Virus record (IMG/VR): IMGVR_UViG_3300025162_000048
DNA length: 20,000 bases
Source: an uncultured virus (IMG/VR IMGVR_UViG_3300025162_000048)
Taxonomy: Duplodnaviria > Heunggongvirae > Uroviricota > Caudoviricetes
Strand: one strand, 5' to 3'
Below are positions 15,543-20,000 of this stretch, piece after piece. Position 1 is the first letter of the stretch. The number at the start of each line of letters is the position of its first letter. The notes under the pieces are model-generated. The model worked only from the letters and a program-made list of their open reading frames with translations. It did not search any database and had not been told where the DNA came from. The translations under genes were made by a program, and so were the position numbers.

Positions 15543-15674
15543 TTACCTCTCCTTGCCTCCTTGGTATTCTTCCAGGATCTTGAGACATTCATTGCAATAA
15601 TTCTCATTCCTTTCCAGAATTACTCCACAAATACAACACCAATACTTAGGTTCTGACTGTTCTTGCTCAACCAT
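15543..15674 (-). CDS. 43-aa zinc-ribbon peptide (not in the ORF track)
   Basis: MVEQEQSEPKYWCCICGVILERNENYCNECLKILEEYQGGKER*; CxxC...CxxC; starts 3 nt after the stop of the upstream gene. Confidence 0.65.
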   Translation of the reverse strand: MVEQEQSEPKYWCCICGVILERNENYCNECLKILEEYQGGKER

Positions 15675-15677
15675 ATA

Positions 15678-16025
15678 TCACCATCCAAGTGAACCATTCA
15701 TCATTATAAAAGGGCCTTCAATTTCTTTGATTTCTGGATGTTTAGATTTAAATAGTTCAATGGTTTCTTCCTTGAATTCCTTTAAAGTCTGCTCATCTTT
15801 CATCTGAAGAATACCCCTTACAGCACACATCTTATAACCATGATCATAATTATAATGGAAATGTTCGTCTTCAAAATAACAGCCTTTCTCAACACTAAAT
15901 AAAATCCCAATACCGCAAGTCACATCCGACATTTCATTCTCGCCAATCGTTTTGTTATTGCGGTCATAATGCACAATAAAACTGCTACTGCTGCTATTGG
16001 AAACGAATCCTTTACGGATTTTCAT
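15678..16025 (-). CDS. Phage protein of the MKIRxGFVSNSSSSSF N-terminal motif family
   Basis: Real start ATG 16025 after AAGGGAG gives MKIRKGFVSNSSSSSFIV, a motif common in large-phage orphan proteins. Confidence 0.85.
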   Translation of the reverse strand: MKIRKGFVSNSSSSSFIVHYDRNNKTIGENEMSDVTCGIGILFSVEKGCYFEDEHFHYNYDHGYKMCAVRGILQMKDEQTLKEFKEETIELFKSKHPEIKEIEGPFIMMNGSLGW

Positions 16026-16068
16026 GCTTTTCTCCCTTATGTTAAAATCAATTATTGCGAGGACGATT

Positions 16069-16371
16069 ATGGCTATTACTTTTATGGACCACTTAAAAGA
16101 AGGTGTCATTTACCGAAAAATGAAGCACCCCTTCTCTGCCAGTGACGTTTATATGTATTTTGGAGCACAAGGTTACATAAATCAAGCTGGCCGACCACTC
16201 GAACAAGACGAAATTGATGGCAAGCTTAAACGTGCAGTCACTGAAGGAAAGTTATTCAAACTAGGGGCTTTTCCTCTGTTCTTCTTTCCAGATATTCAAA
16301 TTCCAAACCAAACCTATTTGTTTAACATTATTAGACAGATGAGACTAAGCTTAAGAAAAAAAGCCCTGTAA
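16069..16371 (+). CDS. Hypothetical protein, possible winged-helix fold
   Basis: Start MAITF after GAGGA; pattern PFSASDV...EIDGKLKRAVTEGKLFK; followed by hairpin AAGCC-C-TGTA/TACA-A-GGCTT. Confidence 0.65.
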   Translation: MAITFMDHLKEGVIYRKMKHPFSASDVYMYFGAQGYINQAGRPLEQDEIDGKLKRAVTEGKLFKLGAFPLFFFPDIQIPNQTYLFNIIRQMRLSLRKKAL

Positions 16372-16509
16372 AATACAAGGCTTCTAAAAAAACAGAGATG
16401 TAATTAATGGCAGCATAGAAAACTTTTTTTCTATTGCGAAACAACTATATTTAAGCTAATCATGCCTTATGGCCGAAGTCAACCTACTTCTCTCATGAGG
16501 CACAACCCT

Positions 16510-17391
16510 ATGAATGAAATTGAGAAACTAAAACAATTTTTAAGCACAATTAAAACTCCTCAAGAGATGTGGGTCTTTCAAAAAAAATGTGCGGTCTTAT
16601 TAAAAGACTCCAGCGAAGACATTGGAATATCGACTCGAATTAATGCTATGAAGTTAATGGACGAAAAACCCCCCATTCCTTATAAGTTCAATCCTGGATT
16701 TGCCAAGGAACTGGTTAGAAAAACTAAATTTAATCCTCACCTTTTTAATAATATGCCTGATAAATTTTTCGCCATTTTTGATATTTTAAATCATTGGATT
16801 TTTTTGAATATTGAAAAAAGGCCGATCAAAAACAGCGAAGGAAATTATGGATCTTTTCTCTTAGAAGCTGTGGTTTATGACATTAAAGCGCATTTTGATC
16901 GATGGTACACTATTCCCTTCGGAGGCGAATTGCCTTTTCCAACCAATACTCTCCTGATGGAAGGAATTCAAAATCACTGTCTATTAGAACCGTTTCAGGA
17001 AACTATCAGCGAAGACCAAGGGACTTTTGACAGTGCAATGATTTTGAATGGATTGGCATACATTCGTTCCGGTGAGCCTGATTTAAGACAATACAAACCT
17101 CCGACCAAAAAAAATAATAATCTCAATCTGTCTCGACGTGAGCGCGACCGGATGATTAATGAATGTGGTAAAGGGGAAGCCGTTCTGGTCAGTTGGGGCT
17201 GGAAAAAGCCATCCATGTTTTCCGATAAGGAATACTACTCTGCTGGGCATTTCTGGTGGTGTCCTTATGGTCCCAGAAAGCTGTTGAGAAAATGGGACTG
17301 GCGAGAGGGAAGCTTAAAAAAACATAAAAATAACGAGGATACGTATGGCAATAACCGAGATGGAACTTGTGAAGGCAGCTCTGAGGAATAG
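16510..17391 (+). CDS. Phage hypothetical protein with C-terminal GH(F/W)...YGP...RK..W motif
   Basis: ORF 16462..17391, likely start MNEIEK at 16510; AGHFWWCPYGPRKLLRKWDW resembles a motif recurring in phage orphans. Confidence 0.75.
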   Translation: MNEIEKLKQFLSTIKTPQEMWVFQKKCAVLLKDSSEDIGISTRINAMKLMDEKPPIPYKFNPGFAKELVRKTKFNPHLFNNMPDKFFAIFDILNHWIFLNIEKRPIKNSEGNYGSFLLEAVVYDIKAHFDRWYTIPFGGELPFPTNTLLMEGIQNHCLLEPFQETISEDQGTFDSAMILNGLAYIRSGEPDLRQYKPPTKKNNNLNLSRRERDRMINECGKGEAVLVSWGWKKPSMFSDKEYYSAGHFWWCPYGPRKLLRKWDWREGSLKKHKNNEDTYGNNRDGTCEGSSEE

Positions 17392-18415
17392 CCCGCGTGG
17401 TTCGACCATTGCGGAAATAAAACAAGTCTTTCCTACATTGATGACTGCTAACTTTAATGTAATATTTAGACAGTTAAAAGTAGAAAAATATGAACGGATT
17501 TGTGATGTAAAAGATGTTTTATCGGCTTGTTATGTTTTAGTCGAGACTGAACTTGATCAAACCAAATTCGTCATGACTCAACATTTTAATAAGCAATTTT
17601 TTGAACTAAAAAAGGAAATGGAAATATTAAAAATCACCGTGGACAGGCTTGAAGGGAAGTCTACGGTTTCGGCAGCAGTGATTGGAACAGAAAAACTTAA
17701 ATTTAATGCAGATTCAATAAAGATGATTCACAACACAATGAAAGAAACTTTTCCGTCAGTTAAAGTAAGCTATCACAGACCAAACGTTTTAATGATAGAA
17801 ATAGAAAAACCAAAATCCAAAGCCTATTACACAAATAAAGGGAAATGGAATGCGTATTTTAAAAACAGGCCAGTCATTCATGGCAAGGACTTAAAAGAAC
17901 TTATCCACTTATGGGAGAAAGAAACACCCCAAACCCTTTTTCCTGAACCTTTAACCTCACAGCAACAAATTGATGTCGTTATTGCCAATATCACGCCAAA
18001 AGACGACAATCAGCCTCAACTGGAAATTATTGGAGAATCACCAATCGCGCCAGCACCACAGCCAGAACCTCAACCTCAACCGGAGATTATTGTTAAACCA
18101 GAAGATCCTCCAGAATCCCAACCAGAAACACTAGAAAATATTGAAGTTCCTGATCCTGATGATAATTGTTCAGTCGTTGAGTACTACATAAAATTACTTG
18201 AAAAAAAACAAAAAGAGTCGGCTGTTATTGAAGAGCCAAAAGAAGATATGACTTTTAAAGACATAATTAAGGAAGTAGAGGCTCAACCAGCAATCACTCT
18301 CGCTTCTCGTAGAATGGAACCTCCGTCTAAGCCTAAAATAATGGGCAACCGAACGGAAATTAAAGAAGAGGACACAGAAGCGGCTTTCAATAAACTCCTA
18401 GAAGAATTATCTTAA
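17345..18415 (+). CDS. Hypothetical protein (N-terminal HTH-like region, coiled coil, Pro/Glu-rich disordered C-half)
   Basis: 356-aa ORF; SD GAGGA. Confidence 0.8.
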   Translation: MAITEMELVKAALRNSPRGSTIAEIKQVFPTLMTANFNVIFRQLKVEKYERICDVKDVLSACYVLVETELDQTKFVMTQHFNKQFFELKKEMEILKITVDRLEGKSTVSAAVIGTEKLKFNADSIKMIHNTMKETFPSVKVSYHRPNVLMIEIEKPKSKAYYTNKGKWNAYFKNRPVIHGKDLKELIHLWEKETPQTLFPEPLTSQQQIDVVIANITPKDDNQPQLEIIGESPIAPAPQPEPQPQPEIIVKPEDPPESQPETLENIEVPDPDDNCSVVEYYIKLLEKKQKESAVIEEPKEDMTFKDIIKEVEAQPAITLASRRMEPPSKPKIMGNRTEIKEEDTEAAFNKLLEELS

Positions 18416-18756
18416 CGGCCTTGGGATAAAATCTTGACTATATGGGGAAGGGCTCTGGTAAGAATCTCGTGAAGTTTTTCTGGAGTGTACTGGCTTAAGT
18501 CTGTCTCGGCTGGTGCGACGGGCATTGTCTCTTGAGGGATTCCTTCGGTTGGCTCGGACGGCTCATCAACCAATGGAGCTTCTGATCCACCTCTGGCTTG
18601 GATAATTTGTTCTGGACTATAATCCGGTACGTTTGGACTAGCCTTGATTTGGGATAACATCGATCCTTGCTGTGAGGGTAACGCCTTCATCAACACATCA
18701 CACATGCCATCAAGTGCTTTAAGCGTCTCATATGTTTTTTCATTCACATCGTGCAT
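18412..18756 (-). CDS. Hypothetical acidic phage protein
   Basis: 114 aa; SD AGGAGA; convergent TTAA stop overlap with 17345..18415. Confidence 0.75.
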   Translation of the reverse strand: MHDVNEKTYETLKALDGMCDVLMKALPSQQGSMLSQIKASPNVPDYSPEQIIQARGGSEAPLVDEPSEPTEGIPQETMPVAPAETDLSQYTPEKLHEILTRALPHIVKILSQGR

Positions 18757-18854
18757 CTTTTTTCTCTCCTATTGAAAATTCTTTTTAATTATAGCTTTAT
18801 TTTTTTCATTTCTGTTCGATGAGTATTGTAGTGCAAGAATGAAGGAGACTTTTT

Positions 18855-19019
18855 ATGAAAGAAAGCGAAGTTTTAACCAGCGCAGCCTCTATTGTTGAAT
18901 CTCTAGCAAAAGTGAACGATAATAATATAGATTTTCAAGGAGTAGCTAAATTTTTATTCAATCTCGCCAAAGTTTATAAGGAAGTAAAAGAGTGTCAGTC
19001 CAATTCTATAGTCTCATAA
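18855..19019 (+). CDS. 54-aa hypothetical protein (not in the ORF track)
   Basis: AAGGAG-N7-ATG; MKESEVLTSAASIVESLAKVNDNNIDFQGVAKFLFNLAKVYKEVKECQSNSIVS*; overlaps the start of the next gene. Confidence 0.7.
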   Translation: MKESEVLTSAASIVESLAKVNDNNIDFQGVAKFLFNLAKVYKEVKECQSNSIVS

Positions 19020-19855
19020 AAGAATTCTTCGATGGATTACTACCCGATACCCGTAATGCATACCGACGCAATATTAAAAGATTTCTGGATTTCTCTAAAG
19101 TAAATGAATTCGACCAAATCACTGTGCCTGCATTACTTGCCTTTAGGGAAGAGTTATTAAGAGTCAATACCAAATACAGCACAATCAATCATTGTTTTTG
19201 TTCGATTTCTTCATTACTGGAATTCGCAAAAAGAAAAAAAATCATCTCTGAAAACCCTGCATTAAAAGTTCCTCGGCCAACCTTTAAACGCCAGCCAAAA
19301 CTGCAAACAAAAACTTTGAGCTATCAGGAATGCCAGAAAATATTAGAAGCCGCCAAACCAATTCTTCGCGAATATGCAATTATTTTTGTTCTGTTGAATA
19401 CCGGAATGGAAGCTGAAGAAATGATGAATTTAAGAATCCGAGACTTGGAAATTACAGATGAGTATGCGCAACTCCATCTAAGATCAACTCGTAGGAAAAT
19501 CACTCACCGTACTATTATTATCAATATGGACACAGCAAATGTCATTATGGACTATTTAGTCACAGACCGCTTAAAAAAAGATAGTTGCACTGATGATAAT
19601 TGCTGGATGTTCGGCGCAAAGAAAAAACTTAACCCCTTCGCACTCTATTTTATCGTCAGACGTAATGCCAATAAAGCAGGACTTAATCCCAAAATTACTC
19701 CATACAGTCTCAGAATGACCGTCGCTAAATTGCTGGCTAAAGAAAAAAACGTTAGGAAAGCGGAAATCAAAGAACTCATCAACATAAAAGACGCTCTAAT
19801 CCTTCAAAAACGGATCGCACGCTCACCAACCCGAAAGCTAAACTTCCTTAAATAA
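18992..19855 (+). CDS. Tyrosine-recombinase-fold protein with degenerate active site
   Basis: Core-binding domain (DTRNAYRRNIKRF...ENPALKV) and catalytic-domain scaffold, but GMEAEE (R->E), PYSLR (H->Y), ELINIK (H->I) and no C-terminal Tyr. Confidence 0.85.
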   Translation: MSVQFYSLIKEFFDGLLPDTRNAYRRNIKRFLDFSKVNEFDQITVPALLAFREELLRVNTKYSTINHCFCSISSLLEFAKRKKIISENPALKVPRPTFKRQPKLQTKTLSYQECQKILEAAKPILREYAIIFVLLNTGMEAEEMMNLRIRDLEITDEYAQLHLRSTRRKITHRTIIINMDTANVIMDYLVTDRLKKDSCTDDNCWMFGAKKKLNPFALYFIVRRNANKAGLNPKITPYSLRMTVAKLLAKEKNVRKAEIKELINIKDALILQKRIARSPTRKLNFLK

Positions 19856-19865
19856 CACCTTCTGT

Positions 19866-20000
19866 CCGTCCCTACCTAAGCCTCTCCTTGTCCATTGCAC
19901 ATATGGGAAGGACCGTACTGGCGTCGCTGTGGCCATGTACCGCATCCTAGAACAGGACTGGAGTTACCAAGACACCATAGGCGAAATGGACTCTTTTGGA
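19866..20000 (+). pseudogene. 5'-truncated tyrosine/dual-specificity phosphatase fragment (HCxxGKDRTG type), runs off the right edge
   Basis: Frame from 19866: PSLPKPLLVHCTYGKDRTGVAVAMYRILEQDWSYQDTIGEMDSFG; in-frame TAA at 19839 and no start codon before the P-loop. Confidence 0.75.

Noticed and set aside
18412..18756. LxKA/LxKS motifs here and in 7585..8034 as virion-protein processing signals
   Set aside because: Only one or two short occurrences per protein and no structural genes in the window; too weak to support.

Overview
AT-rich accessory DNA that reads like a segment of a large phage, prophage or phage-plasmid. There are no housekeeping operons, many short orphan ORFs in alternating orientation, a MKIRxGFVSNSSSSSF phage-family protein, a lambda-O-like HTH initiator with internal repeats and four tRNAs. 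The host is possibly an Oligoflexia/Bdellovibrionota-type bacterium (inference from lipoprotein style and sigma28-like promoters only). From left to right: an operon of secreted/lipoprotein genes including two paralogous MACPF-like lipoproteins; a promoter-driven, densely base-paired ~340-nt non-coding segment; an intact Xer-like tyrosine recombinase; a PTP-type phosphatase; a tRNA-Leu(UAG)/Leu(UAA)/Pro(UGG) cluster behind a Leu/Pro-rich leader peptide with mutually exclusive terminator and antiterminator; a reverse-strand tlpA-ccdA pair; tRNA-fMet; the replication initiator; a Ro60/TROVE gene with a structured upstream RNA; a catalytically degenerate paralog of the recombinase; and a 5'-truncated phosphatase fragment at the right edge. 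The best candidates for undescribed biology are the ribosome-dependent attenuator in front of the tRNA genes and the unidentified pseudoknotted ncRNA. All structures were derived by eye; no folding program or database search was run.
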